Source: Eledone cirrhosa | Taxonomy: Eukaryota | NCBI GenBank assembly: GCA_964016885.1 | Contig: OZ024741.1 | Location: forward strand, 192,262,001-192,326,000 | Direction: 5' to 3' | DNA length: 64,000 bases | In this document: positions 50,501 through 64,000 of the stretch, piece by piece | How positions within the stretch are numbered: the stretch's first letter is position 1 | Layout: each line of letters opens with the position of its first letter | Position numbers and translations under genes: made by a program | Notes under the pieces: model-generated | Databases searched by the model: none | Told to the model about the DNA's origin: nothing | What the model saw: the letters and a program-made list of their open reading frames with translations, nothing else

Positions 50501-52616
50501 CACAGAGTTAAAGATTTTGGCCAAGGTGTTAGCAACGAGGCTGGCACTTGTCGTTGAGAACCTGGTAGGGGAAGCACAAACGTGTGCAATCCCGACCAGG
50601 TCCATACACGACAACCTTCACCTCATGCGATACATCATAGAGAGAGTAGGGTGTAAACCTGGCTTCGGTAGGGCTCTGATCAATTTAGATCAGTCTAAGG
50701 CATTTGATAGGGTCGACCATCAATACTTGGAAGGGGTTCTCAAGGCGGCCGGCTTCGGTCGCGTCTTCGGTCCCATATTCAGAGGCTGGATCGCTGCCAT
50801 GCACACCAGCCTCTGCTCGGCAGTCAAGGTGAATGGCTACCTATCGGAGCCATTCGAAATCATGCGTTCCATCCGTCAGTTATGCCCTCTCTCCTCCATT
50901 CTGTATGTACTGACTCTTGAGCCATTACTGCGGAATTTGGAGCTGTTGCAGGGTATCCCAATCGAACCAGGATTGTAGAAAGCAGCGTCGGCCTATGCTG
51001 ATGACGTAACCGTAATGGTGTCGAAAACCTCGGAAATCGGGGTAATCGGCAACCTATTACAGGAATACGAAACGTTGACAGGAGCAAGACTAAACCCAAA
51101 CAAGTCTGTCGGTTTGCAACTCGGCACATGGACAGGTAAACGCATGCCTTCCGACATTGTCGTTGGACGCTGGACGGAAGGACCGGTGAAATTGCTCGGG
51201 GCCTGGCTTGGTCCAGACCTCTAGGTGGACAAGAACTGGAATGAGGTCACGGCGAGAAGTGGGCTGAGTGCAAACTCTCATTGAAAGGTCGAGCGGAGGT
51301 GGCGAACACTTACATAGCGTCCGTCATGAACTACCGCTTGACAGTCGTGCCTTGTCCCCGCGAATACCTCACCAAAATGGAACGCCTACTCTTCAAGTTC
51401 CTCTCGAAGAAACAGGCTCCATTGGTGAGGAAATCCATCTGTTGTCAACACCCTTCTAATGGAGGGCTGGGCATGCCGTGGCTGATGATGCGCAAACAGG
51501 CGCTGAGACTACGCCATCTCCAGGTATTCCTGACCGGCGAGCCGGTGTGGCTGTCGTTTGTGAGACGAGCTCTTCCACAACTCGTCTCACTAACAGAGCT
51601 GCAGTCCTGGGTCAAGCGAAGACCGAAAATGGGCGCCTGGCACCTCGAGTGCCTTTAGGCGCTCACAGCCCTCCACCAGGCGGAAACAGCAATCAGCGGA
51701 GACTCCACTTCGACATTCTACAGGGGATTAGTGGAGGATAAGTGCGACGATGTTCTCGGGGAAATTCTAGGCATCGAGGAGGACGAACTGACCAGTCTGT
51801 TCGGGAGGACTTTCCGTCCAGGGCCTATGGATAGCTTCCAGAGGTTTCTGGCCTGGCAGTGCTACCGAGGAGCTCTACGAGTTCGAGACAAAATTTACAG
51901 GCACAGACGCCCTGGCAGAGATCCTGCCAAAAGGACCTATCCAAGATGCGAGCAGGACATCGAAACCGTTCTGCACGCAATTGTTCAGTGACCAGGGGTG
52001 ACCGACCTGTGGAATTATGTCAAACAGCTACTGTCACGTGTGGGACACATCCAGTTGTCAACCGAGTCCATTGTGAGGATCACCCCGCCGCCTTCATTTA
52101 AGAATGAAGGAGAGGCGCTTTTTCTCTGTCTGGTGGCTATGGCGAAAGAGGTAATATGGTGGACGAGGTTAAAAGGACTGAGGACAAACACCTTTCTCTG
52201 CGGACAACAACTCATCCCCTTCTTTAAGTACCATTTCAGAAGGAAGGAGAGAGTGGAAAGAGAGATGCTACACCCCAGTAAATTCGTTGAAAGGTGGGTG
52301 AATGCGGCGAAAATGGCCCGAGTGAATGGGCCTTCTCTGTATATAAACCTGTAGGTTGGGGAAGATAAACAGAGGGAAGACGGGAACACCTACAAAACGT
52401 GTTCCTGGTGTTGTGGATTGTTCTATCCACGGGATGTAAAACGACCCCGCAGTAGCGTTAACCCCCTATTGGGGATTTCAATTGTTTTATTTTTATATAG
52501 TTTATTGTTATTTATCATTGTTAAGATTTTATGTAAAACCCCCACTGTCACGTCTTGTAATGTCCCATTTTTGTGCGCCCTTGTGGCAAATAAAGAAAGA
52601 TATCTATCTATCTATC

Positions 52617-53820
52617 TTTAAGATGGAACGCATGCTCTTCCAGTTTCTGTGGAAGAGGCAGGCTCCGCTGGTGAGGAGATCTGTCTGCTGTCAGCACCCT
52701 TCCAACGGAGGGCTGGGAATGCCGTGGCTGATGATGCGCAAACATGCGCTGAGGCTGCAGCATCTGCAGGTGTTCCTCACCAAACCCAACCGGTGTGGGC
52801 ACCGTTTGTGAGACAGGCTTTCCCGCAGCTCGCCTCGCTGACGGAGCTGTAGTGTTGGGTCAAGAAAAGACCGGAAACGATGGGCGCCTGGCACATTGAA
52901 TGCGCTCAGACGCTCACAGTCCTCTTTCAAGCGGGCACAGCAATCAGTGGAGACTCCACTTCGACATTCTATAGAGGGATTGTACATTACAAGAGCGACG
53001 ACGTGCTCGGAGAGACTCTGGGCGTCGAAGACGATGAGCTCACCAGTCTGTTTAGTAGGACTTTCCGCTCGGGACCTATGGACAACTTCCAGAGATCCCT
53101 GGCCTGGCAGTGCTACTGAGGAGCTCTACCAGTTCGAGACAAGATCTACAGGCACGGACGCCCCGGCAGGGATCCTTCCAAGAGGACGTGTCCAAGATGC
53201 GCGCAGAACATTGAAACCGTCCTGCACGCAATTGTACACTGCCCGGGCGTAACCGACCTGTGGAACTATGCAGAACAACTGCTGTCGCGTATGGGATAAA
53301 TCCAGTTGACTGCCGAGTCCATAGTAAGGATCAAACCGCCAGCCTCTTTCAAAAACGAAAGAGAGGCGGTAAAAGAGGTTATATGGTGGATGAGATTGAG
53401 AGGACTGAGGACAGATGCCTTTCTCTCCGGACAACAATTGATTCCCTTATTTAAGTATCACTTTAGAAGGAGAATCAGAGTGGAGAGAGAGGCACTGCAC
53501 CCCAGTAAATTTACTGAAAGGTGGGTGAATGTGGCAAAAATGGCCCGAGTGATTGGGCCTTCTCTGTTTATAAGCCTGTAGGTTGAGGAAGAGAGCAAAA
53601 GGAAGAAAGCAGCACTTACACAACACGCTCCTGAAGTTGAGGGTTGTTCTATCTACGGGGTATTAAACAACCCATTTGTGGGGCTTCCCCACTATTGGGG
53701 ATTTCGATTGTTATAATTGTTTGTTTTATATTTTTTACACGACTGTATGTAAAATCCCTGGCATGTCTTTGTATTGTCCCCTTTTCTTGTGCGCCCTTGT
53801 GGTAAATAAAGAAATCTATC
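52617..53820 (+). mobile_element. Tx1-clade LINE copy 3 (5'-truncated)
   Basis: Homologous to 51375-52616; ends AATAAAGAAATCTATC. Confidence 0.9.
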
Positions 53821-54753
53821 TTTATGGGTAGACGTGTGTTGGCTCGCTGGTGAGTTATTTGTTTAATTTTCTATTACATTTCATTTTATTTTACATTGTT
53901 TTAAAGATAAACCAACCACCTGAAATTTCAGGTGGCTGGTTTCTCTAAAAGCAAAAATTTGCTCTGAAATTTCGGAAAATTGAAAAAATATTATCTGTGA
54001 AATTTAAGTATGCCAGAAGGAACGTTACAGTCTCAGAAACTAGAGAACACTCCTGGACAAGAGAGTATGAAAGAAGACGTTATGTCTTCTACTGCTGTTA
54101 TATTGTATGTCGCCATGACAACAGTGTCAACAGGCAGTAGCATGAACACTTTTCGTGATGAAGAAATTACGAACAACTTAAATAGAAAAAACAACACAAA
54201 GACAAATGCCACAAACGAAAACAACAACATGAACACCAACAACAAAGATAATAACATCCAAAATGACAAAAACAATAAAACAATAGCACAAGTAAAAATC
54301 AAATACACGTGAACGAAACATTTGCAGCGACAGTTGCCAAGGAGACATAGATGTATCAAATAAAGCACAGTACCTGAAGGATGCTGCACAATATATAACT
54401 TTAGAGGGGAGTGGGTTTTGGATCAATACTCCACCAGAAACTAGGGCCGCAACACTAAAGAAAACTCTTTTCTATAGAATCAAGAAAAACTGCTTCTTTG
54501 CCTCAGAATACAGTTGAAGGTGTGTTGAGGGAGGCAATGCCAGAGGGCCAAGTAGTATGGGAGCATCTTAGTGCTCTTCAAAAGCGAGGCCCTCGCTCAA
54601 AGATATTCGGTGACTCTGATTAAAAATAGCCAATACATCTTTTTCCCTACATACTTGGGAAGAAGAACACACAAGATAAGGGTGTCCCAGATCCCACCGA
54701 ACACCAGCATTTGGTGCATCCTGGGTGGCCTTTTGGAGGAGGGTGAAGACACC

Positions 54754-57497
54754 TTTAGCAGTGTGGTAGAATCAGTGGTCGTTACTTTAACAGGGTAGAT
54801 GATTGAAGGTCGTTAGTTGCCAGTGTGGTAAGTGATAGTATCCTCGTTGGATTATCTTGTTGACATAGACGTGAGGGAAGGTCCCTCGATCTATTTACCA
54901 TCTTTGTATTTACAATATTCCTTTCATCAGGTCGCCAATTCCAGCAGCATGGATTATAGATTTTATTGAGACACGAGTAACATAATAATGATTTCAACAG
55001 CAGTAATTAGAGATGAAATGTATGTTTATTTATATGGTTGAAGTTACAGATAAAAAGAGGTTACAAAAGGGAATGTGCCATTGCGCCGTTAAGCCGACGA
55101 GGCTAGGGGGTGCAATATCTCACTGTTACATTATGCGTGTTGCTGGCTCGAAGTTTCTGGTACAAGAGAGAGATTCTTCAAATCTTCGCGGGGAATTTCT
55201 TCCTCAGGGCGCGTAGGGATACATCCTCTTCTACTGGCGCTGATTGGCTGAACTGAGCCAAATCACGCATAGAGAATGTATGTGAGCCCGCGGAATGTAG
55301 GTCACTACATCACTTCCGACCAGATTTTCAGCCGAAAATCGATAACCAAGAAACCAAGGACCCACATATTATTGAATCAGCAAGAACAAATGCTGAAAGA
55401 GCACATCAGTGAAAAAATAATTGAGCAGAAAGATTCATGCAAGAACAAAAAAAATTAGGCGCGACGGGCCGTGTTGAGCCGCTGTCAAATGACTAGCTGT
55501 TTTGTAGTTTAAACGAGACCCTCAAGGGCCTACCAGAAAACAGATAAAGTCTGACATGGGCGAAGTTGCTGTTCTTGCATTAAATGTTAATGGTAAGTGT
55601 TGTACCAGTAGCTGTGAACGAAGCTATTATGGTAGTTTACCAGTGCTGGCAAGAAAATGATGGCCCCCCAGATGTATTGTCGAATGTGCTGTGGAGCCAG
55701 GAAAAAATGGCTGGTTGCTTTGTAAAGAAAAAAAAAGGCAAGTTTAATCTGTAGGTGGGTTGCAGTGTAAATTCCATAATTAGGGCGAATCCACAGAAGT
55801 GGTGGAAATGCTGACAAGTCCAGTTCAATTTGTTGCTTTCCCAGCGAGTCGGGCAAAAACAACAAGACGGATGGCCGTCATGGACGATCAGTGTGCAACG
55901 AGATGCGAAGCTGTTTGAGTTCAGCTGCAATTAGTATTCTCGTGTTGCGGTGCCTGTTTGAATCCAGTGGATTAAGCTCTGGGAGCTGCTAGCACGTGAC
56001 AGCATCTCAACCAGGTGAAAAGGGACTCGCAGAATATTACGTTTGAAGAACATATATCAAGAACTACATGTTGGTGTGTGATAAAAAAATTGTGTGCATA
56101 TGCAGGCATGTAAAACAGCAAAGAATGTGAATGAACAAAAACCATTAGCAAGCAAATAGCAAAAGAGCACAAAACAAGTAAATGCATTCTACAAAGAAAT
56201 ATGTGAATGTAAGAAACTGATAATTCAAAGTCAATCTAAGGGAGCAGAGAAATTGCCCAATAAGTTCAAAGTTTTTCACAGTCAAATAGTTCACACATCA
56301 CCAGTGTACAGACACTAGTTCTATCTGAAAACTGAAAAAGAAGTTTGTTAATGCCGTTAGGGGTTAGATGTATGGTGTTTTTGTGAGATTTCGTGGCCAT
56401 TTTACCGTCCCGCCACACGGTTGTGTTGCTTATTGTTAAAGCAAAGTCAAAGAATCTTCTGTAGAGTAGGAGTCACCAAATATGGCAGCCACGTCTGACG
56501 CCATAATGGTGAGAAAACTACTGTCTCAATTTCTCGCGTCCCTGTGGTAACGAGACAGAAGGTATGGTGGTTGCGTCGGTAAAGTTACAAGCCGTTTTGA
56601 AATTTCCGATGTGTGGTGGTTGGCGTCGGTAAGGTTATGAAGCTGCCACTCACTGTTCCCTGTATTGGTCAGTGGTTAAACAACGCTGTCGCTGCTGCTG
56701 TCGTTGTTGTTGTCAAGTGTAGCCAGGACATTTCGGTAGCCATCTTGAAATTTTTTCGTGGCGAAAAAGTTTTTGAAATACTGCCAATTTTTCAAAAAAT
56801 TTTGAAAGGAATATATTTTATTTTCGCAAGCTGCGAAAAAGGTTGGCAACGTGGCAATAAAAGTTCAACTGAATGAATAAGAAGGGCTGCGTTAAATTCT
56901 TACGTCGGGGTCACCACTTTAGCAATGTGGTAGAATCAGTGGTCGTTACTTTAACAGGGTAGATGATTGAAGGTCGTTAGTTGCCAGTGTGGTAAGTGAT
57001 AGTATCCTCGTTGGATTATCTTGTTGACATAGACGTGAGGGAAGGTCCCTCGATCTATTTACCATCTATTTACAATATTCCTTTCATCAGGTCGCCAATT
57101 CCAGCAGCATGGATTATAGATGTTATTGAGACACGAGTAACATAATGATTTCAACAGCAGTAATTAGAGATGAAATGTATGTTTATTTTTGATGTAGCAC
57201 AAACAATGTTTGTTAACTTATATGGTTGAAGTTACAGATAAAAAGAGGTTACAAAAGGGAATGTGCCATTGCGCCGTTAAGCCGGCGAGGCTAGGGGGTG
57301 CAATATCTCACTGTTACATTATGCGTGTTGCTGGCTCGAAGTTTCTGGTACAAGAGAGAGATTCTTCAAATCTTCGCGGGGAATTTCTTCCTCAGGGCGC
57401 GTAGGGATACATCCTCTTCTACTGGCGCTGATTGGCTGAACTGAGCCAAATCACGCATAGAGAATGTATGTGAGCCCGCGGAATGTAGGTCACTACA
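54754..57497 (-). mobile_element. Non-autonomous LTR retrotransposon (Gypsy-like termini)
   Basis: LTRs 56918-57497 and 54754-55309 are near-identical direct repeats; 4-bp TSD CACC (54750-54753 and 57498-57501); PBS TGGTGACCCCGACGT; weak PPT; no gag/pol ORF inside. Confidence 0.92.
56902..56916 (-). other. Primer-binding site complementary to the tRNA-Trp 3' end
   Basis: The + strand reads ACGTCGGGGTCACCA, the 3' end of animal tRNA-Trp, 1 nt from the 5' LTR. Confidence 0.88.
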
Positions 57498-60400
57498 CAC
57501 CCTCCTCTCTGTAAATAAATCAACCAAGTATAATTGGAATGGGATCTCGGTGGAACTCCTGGTCCAAATGAAACCAGAAAGAGTTTTGAAGACCTAAAAG
57601 GGTACCTCTTGATAACAGCTATGTTATCAATATCAGTGGAGGGCAAAAAACCAGTGTTTTCGATGAGGCTAGGATACCCATATAAACACACTAAAACAAA
57701 AGAAGGTGTTGCTACCAACACCCAAACCCCAACAGCAACACCTGAAAACAAAAAGCACAACCCCCAAAAAACAGAACAAAAACCATCAACATCTACTCCT
57801 CCATCACAAACCAAATAAGACAACACACGAAAATTTCCCCTGAAGGACTCTCTCTTACCCCTTCCCCCTCTGTCTAACACTCCCACAAACACACACACAA
57901 ACACTCCACCACCACACAACATACCCCTCCCACATACCCCGATGATAACACCTCAGATGCGGCAACCACCTCCTATTCAACAAAAACGAGGCACCGCAAA
58001 AACACAAATACACAGACACCACCACAAACGACAACCACACTAACAACACAGACACCACCACAACCAAACCCATCTCCACCAGCAAAACAAACACTAACAC
58101 CACCACAAGCACAAATACTCACCACCAAAAGAAAACTAGAGAACAAACAACAAAGAGAAACATCACAGCAACAATTCAAACCACAATACACATACATTAA
58201 CACCACAAATAAAAACCTAATGGAGGCCACCACGAAAGACCCCACCATTCAGAAAGAAGGGAAAACCTTCACCAGCACAAGCACAACACCACACCTAAAA
58301 CTGATTCGAGTTCCAACACAAATTTACAGTTGTCTTTAGAAAAAACTTTCCCCACGATGTTGGACCCCCCGTGCCAACCCCCCCTCCCCAACAGTGTACT
58401 CCTGAAATGTTTCCCCCACCCCACCAAACACCCCACCACCACCAACATGGAGATCAAACAACCTGACCTCCAGGAAACTAAAAGGTAAGTGTTCCTTCCT
58501 TTTCTCTCCCTAACTCTTCTTCACCGACATGGCGACTGTACGAGTTGGATGTTTGAATGTGCATGGTTAGAGGATGTCCTGGAAACAGGACCAATTTTTA
58601 AATGACCTCAGATCACACCGTACAGATGTGATAGCCGTCAGTGAGTTCAAGATTCATGACAAGCAGCAGTTAACCCTAATGTTCGATGACTTTGATATCT
58701 ACGCATCTCTCTGTCAGCCAGGAGGTTAAGGGGGAGTTGCTGTTTTGTTTAAAAAAAACCTAGATCTCGAAATATGGACAATCTACTTGGACCCAGAGTG
58801 TTCTAGACGTGAATAGTGGTGAAAGTGGAGCTTTCAGACTGGTGGCCGTCTATGCCCCGACTTGGACATCGCGAGTTCTTTAAGTGTCTCGCTCTTTACT
58901 GTTAGGGGGAATTGGAATGGTATCTTGGATGCACATTGGGACTATGTAGGGACATGCAATAGTAGAAGTTGGTGTAACAGTCTCAGAAATCTCATTAGCC
59001 TATTCAAACTGGCAGATAGATATCGTCTAGATTTACCAAGTGCACCACTGTGGACGTGGAGCAACTGCACTGGGTCTTCTAGATCGTATTTAGATAGATT
59101 TCTAATTAGATAAAATGATAGAGGAACATTAAGCTGTTCACAAATGCACTTGGTTGCCTATTCAGACCACAAATTAGTGACCTGCATAGTCAACCTTTAT
59201 AGAACACAGACAGGGACCTGGAACTGGAAGCTAAACATGTCGTTACCGACGCGTAAAGCTTACAGTAAATAGATTAGCAGTTTAGTTAAACACCAGTTGA
59301 CGGGGGCCATCGTCAACAACAGGTGGTGGTATTCTCTCACGAGAGCAATTAGAATAGAATCAATAGCCTTTAGCAAGGAAGTAGCTTTAGAGAAGAACAA
59401 GACAGAGAAGGAATTGGTAGTCAAAGTAGAAGAGGCACTTAGGAGTGGCAATGCAGCTGGCGTGCTAGCAGCGAGAAAGGCACTTGACCAGTTCTTCAAT
59501 GCGAAACAAAAATGTTGTATTGTCAGAGGTAGAACACGTGCTCCGAGAAACGAAGGAGCGAAAGCTGTTAGCTGGGCCCGACTGGCAGAGATGAAAAATG
59601 GCAACAAATCCACAATTCGGTCTTTGATAGACGAAGACAGACGCGTGCTACTTGAATCCAGGCAGATGTGGACGGCCTTCTAGCAGCACTTTGCACAATT
59701 ATTCGGGCAGAGTAGTGTATCAGATGGGGTGATCGACTTCAGTTCCTACCTCGACTCTCGAACACGGATGCAGAGAGCTGTGAAAGGCCGATCACAGCTG
59801 CTGAAATACAAGACGCCCTAGTGAAAATCACCTGGTCTAGATGGCCTACCCTATGAGTTTTACATAGGCATGCCAGACTTCCTCTCTGATATCTACTGCA
59901 ATTGGGAGCAGAACGGGAGAATTCCAAGTTCTGTAAGCCGAGGCGTTGTAACGCTGATCAGGAAACACGAAAACAAAGGGGACAACATAAGCAATTTCCG
60001 GCCCATAACTCTGCTCAACACAGAGTTGAAAATTTTGGCCAAGGTAAAGGCCACGAGGCTGGCACTTGTCGTTGAGAGCCTGGTAGGGGAAGCACAAACG
60101 TGTGCAATCCCGACCAGGTTCATACACGACAACCTTCACCTCATGCGATACATCATAGAGAGGGTAGGGTGTAAACCTGGCATCGGTGGGGATCTGATCA
60201 ATTTAGATCAGTCTAAGGCATTTGATAGGGTCGACCATGATACTTGGAAGCGGTTTTCAAGGCGGCCAGTTTCAAACCCGTCTTCAGAGGCTGGATCGCT
60301 GCCATGCACAGCAACATCTGCTCGGCAGTCAAGGTGGATGACTACCTATCAGAACCATTCCAAATCACGCATTCCATCTGCTAGGGATGCCCTCTTTCCT

Positions 60401-62074
60401 CCATTCTGTATATACTGACTCTCAAGCGACTACTGCGGAAGTTGGAGCTGTTTCAGGGCAACCCTATGTAACTAGGATTAGGAATAACAGCGTCAGCTTA
60501 TGTCGACGACATGACTGTAATGGTGTTGAAAACCTCGGAAATCAGGGGGGATTGGCAACTTACTACAGGAATACGAAACGTTGACGGGAGCAAAACTGAA
60601 CGCATACAAGTCTGTCGGTTTGCAACTCGGCACTTGGAGAGGCAAACCGATGCTGTCCGACAGCGTTGTTGGACGCTGGACAGAAGGACTGGTGAAATTG
60701 CTTGGGGTCTGGTTCGGTCCAGACTTCCAGGTGGAGAAAAACAGGGACGAGGTCACGGCGAAGTTATTTGCACTCATCCAGAAGTGAGCTGAGTGAAAAC
60801 TCTCCTTAAAAAGTCGAGTGGAGGCGTTGAACACTTACATAGCATCCGTCATCTACTACCGCTTGACGGTCGTGCCTTGTTCCCGTGATCACCTCACCAA
60901 AATGGAACGCCTACTCTTCAAGTTTCTCTCCATTGGTGAGGAGATCCATCTGCTGCCAACACCCTTCCAACAGAAGGCTGGGCATGCCGTGGCTGATGAT
61001 GTGCAAACACACGCCGAGACTACGCCATCTCCACGTATTCCAAACACGTGAACCGGTGTGGTCATCGTTTGTGAGACAAGCTTTTCCACAACTCATCTCG
61101 CTAAAGGAGCTGCAGTCCTAGGTCAAGCGAAGACCAAACATTGGTGCCTGGCACCTCGGGTGCTCTATCAGGCGGACATGGCACTCAGCGGGGACTCCAC
61201 GTCAACATTCTATAGAGGGTTAGTGGCGATAAGTGCGACAACGTTCTCGGGGAAACTCTAGTTTTCGAAGAGGGCGAACTGGCCAGTCTGTTCGGGAGGA
61301 CTTTCCGTTCAGGACATATCGATAACTTCTAGAGGTCTCTGGCCTGGCAGTGCTACCGAGAAGCTCTACCAGTTTGAGACATGATCTACAGGCATGGATG
61401 CCCTGGCAGGGATCCTGGCAAAAAGATCAGTCCAAAATGCGAGCGGGACATTGAAACCATTCTGCACGCAATTGTACAGTGCCCAGGGGTGGCTTACCTG
61501 TGGAACAATGTCGAACAGCTACTGTAACGTGTCGGACAAATCCAGTTCACAACGAAGCCCATCGTGAGGATCATGCCACTGCCTTCATTTAAAAATGAAG
61601 GAGAGGCGATTTTCCTCTGTCTGGTGGCTACGGTGACAGAGGTAATATTGTGGACAAGATTAAAAGGACTGAGGACAGACAACAACTCATTCCCTTCTTT
61701 AAATACCACTTCAGAAGGAAAATCAAAGTGGAGAGAGAGATGCTGCACCCCAGTAAATTCACTGAAAAGTGGGTGAATGTGGCGAAAATGGCCTGAGTGA
61801 TTGGGCTTTGTCTGTATATAAACCTGTAGATTGAAGAAGACAAAAGAGAGAAGACAGGAGCACTTACAAAACATGCTCCTGGAGTTGAGGGTTGTTATAT
61901 CAGTTGTTTACAGGGTGTAAAACAACCTATTTGTAACGTTCCCCCGATTGGGGATTTCGATTCTTATTTATTATTTTATAACTGCTAAAACCTTTTTTAC
62001 ACGCTTAAATGTAAAATCCCCGCCATACGTCCTGTAATGTCCAATTTCTTGTGCGCCCTATCTATCTATCTATC

Positions 62075-62254
62075 GACGGGGTATTAAACAACCCATTTGT
62101 GGAGCCTCCCCCCTATTGGGGATTTCGATTGTTGAAATTGTTTGTTTTTATATTTTTTACACGACTGTATGTAAAATCCCCGGCATGTCTTTGTATTGTC
62201 CCCTTTCTTGTTGCGCCCTTGTGGCTAATAAAGAAATCTATCTATCTATCTATC
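62075..62254 (+). mobile_element. Tx1-clade LINE copy 5 (3' UTR only)
   Basis: Closely matches the copy 3 3' UTR (53655-53820); ends AATAAAGAAATC(TATC)n. Confidence 0.88.
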
Positions 62255-62786
62255 AACACACACATGCATAACACATTTATATTTTTAAAACTAAGAGAGA
62301 CATTTTAATACAGAGGAAACAGACTTCATCAAGCCGCAATCATCATAATCATTATCATCATTATTATCATTATCATCATCCTTTTTGGATCAAAAATCTT
62401 TCCTAGGATGGCCTGGAAGATTGTTACCATAAAAATAACTACTTATTTGTAGTTATTTCCCTCCTTAAACACATCGTAGTTCCATGTCTCGTTTGTATTT
62501 TCTACTTTTGTACATATAATACATATGTACAAATATATGTATATAGACAAACATGTATATTGATTATATGCATATATATACATGCATACATTCATATACA
62601 TACATGCATGCACGCATACATACATACATACATACACATTCATACATACATTCATACATACATATGTACATACATACATACATGCATGTATACATACATA
62701 CATGCATGTATGCATATATACATACATATATACATATGTACATACATACATGCATACACAATACATACATACATACATACATTATT

Positions 62787-64000
62787 ATCAGAGCCATAGA
62801 GAGGCTGTCTTCTTCTTGGGCTACTATCCTAAAGTTAAAGACAGAGAAGGAGGACTCTATTTTCACTGATAAAATGAAATATCGCAGGGATATATTTCAG
62901 GGAGACAGTCTCTCTGTGATATTATTTATCCTGTCATTAAACCCCTTGTCCTTTCTGCTCAAGAAATGGGAAGGATGCATCATTGGCTCAAAGGAGGACA
63001 GAAATACGAACCTAACCCATAATTTCTTTCTGGATGATCTGAAACTCTATGCCAAGAACATAAATGGGAAGAAGAAAAATCTTGACCTGGTTACAACATT
63101 CTCAAAGGATATAGGAATGGAGTTTGGCCAAAATATATGACTGTAAAGTGGGGAAAAACAACAACCCGATCTAGCAACATTTTCATCAATGGCCTAATTG
63201 TTTCACCGATATCTGATGAGGACTGCTACAGATACCTGGGGATAGATGAGAGCATATCCTATAATGGTATCTGTAAAGAACGCGTAACCAGGAAATACTA
63301 CACCCGATTAAGAAAGATATGGTCATCGGAACTCTCAGCGCACAACAAAACAGTGGCTCACAATGTGTTTGCTGTGCCTGTCCTAACACCAACGTTTGGA
63401 ATACTCAATTGGACGATAGACAAAATCCGAGTAATTGATGGTAGAACTCGAAAAATACTGAACAACACCAGAAACTTCCACATCAACAGTGACATAGACC
63501 GCCTCTACTTGAATCGTAAGCAGGGAGGCAGAGGCCTAACATCAGTCCAGACAGCATTTGAATGTCGCATCATATCCCAATATCTATGAACCTCGAAGCG
63601 TAGGAGCCCGTCTCTCGAGCAAGTCTATCTGCATGAAACAGATAAGATCATGAGAGTTGGGAAGGAACTCCTCGAAAGATATTCCGTGTGATAATCAAAA
63701 ACTCACACCCAGGGAAGTCGCTCAGCAGTATCGCAGTGAATCCATGGATGAAAAACTGCATTCTTATCATCAAAAAAATCATGCATGGATATGTTGCCAG
63801 GAAGCTCCAGAGTGAGAGTAATATAGATAAATAAGGAAGTCTATCTTGGACCAATAACCGCTATATTGGCTCCCACTTTGAAGGATACGTTTTTGCAATC
63901 CAAGAACAGGAAATCAACACAAAATACCTGATTCACAAAAGAGATAGGGATGCAGGCAAAACACCTAGATGTGATAACAAGTGCAGACTCTGCAGAATTA
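62787..64000 (+). mobile_element. R4/Dong-clade non-LTR retrotransposon, 5'-truncated, runs off the window
   Basis: IFQGDSLS, FLDDLKLYA, FSKDIGMEFG, YRYLG, SDIDRLYLNRKQGGRGL, EGYVFAIQEQEINTK and the start of a CRLC finger; preceded by (TACA)n. Confidence 0.87.

Larger units (their letters stand above)
46539..52616 (+). mobile_element. Tx1-clade LINE copy 2 (near full-length, disrupted)
   Basis: ORF1 from about 46688 with knuckle CHKCGKTTHLKDFC; ORF2 48947-52354 with LNVHGL, GDWN, SYLDR, SDH, YWKLN, KSPGLD, NFRPITLLNTELKILAK, LDQSKAFDRVDH, YADD and GGLGMP; (TATC)n tail. Confidence 0.93.
53821..62074 (+). mobile_element. Tx1-clade LINE copy 4 (near full-length, more decayed, ORF1 interrupted by an LTR element)
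   Basis: ORF1 from 54010; ORF2 from 58529 to about 61829, colinear with copy 2; ends (TATC)4. Confidence 0.9.

Noticed and set aside
54900-54940. Hammerhead in the LTR (CTGATGA on the minus strand)
   Set aside because: There is no stem II followed by GAAA and no closing stem I.
63210-63240. CTGATGAG as a hammerhead core
   Set aside because: It is coding sequence of the R4-clade RT, with no downstream stem or GAAA.

Overview
This is AT-rich, microsatellite-dense animal DNA, not prokaryotic; the SINE and LINE repertoire suggests an octopod cephalopod, which is an inference. The only host gene I can recognise is the 3' half of BBS1 (BBSome subunit 1) on the + strand, with six spliceable coding exons from 12998 to 30388. 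A possible terminal exon of a second, convergent gene lies at 40530-40716 (-). The rest is mostly mobile DNA: RTE LINEs and their SINEs, mariner, piggyBac and Helitron relics, Penelope-like fragments, a GC-rich CRE-clade element, an R4-clade fragment, and a 16.7 kb head-to-tail array of five Tx1-clade LINE copies joined through (TATC)n tails. One Tx1 copy carries a non-coding LTR element with a tRNA-Trp primer site. The most unusual signal is about ten minimal hammerhead-ribozyme motifs in the first 28 kb. Several sit in near-perfect fold-back mini-elements inserted in (TA)n tracts within BBS1 introns. All calls are by eye; no alignment or database search was run.
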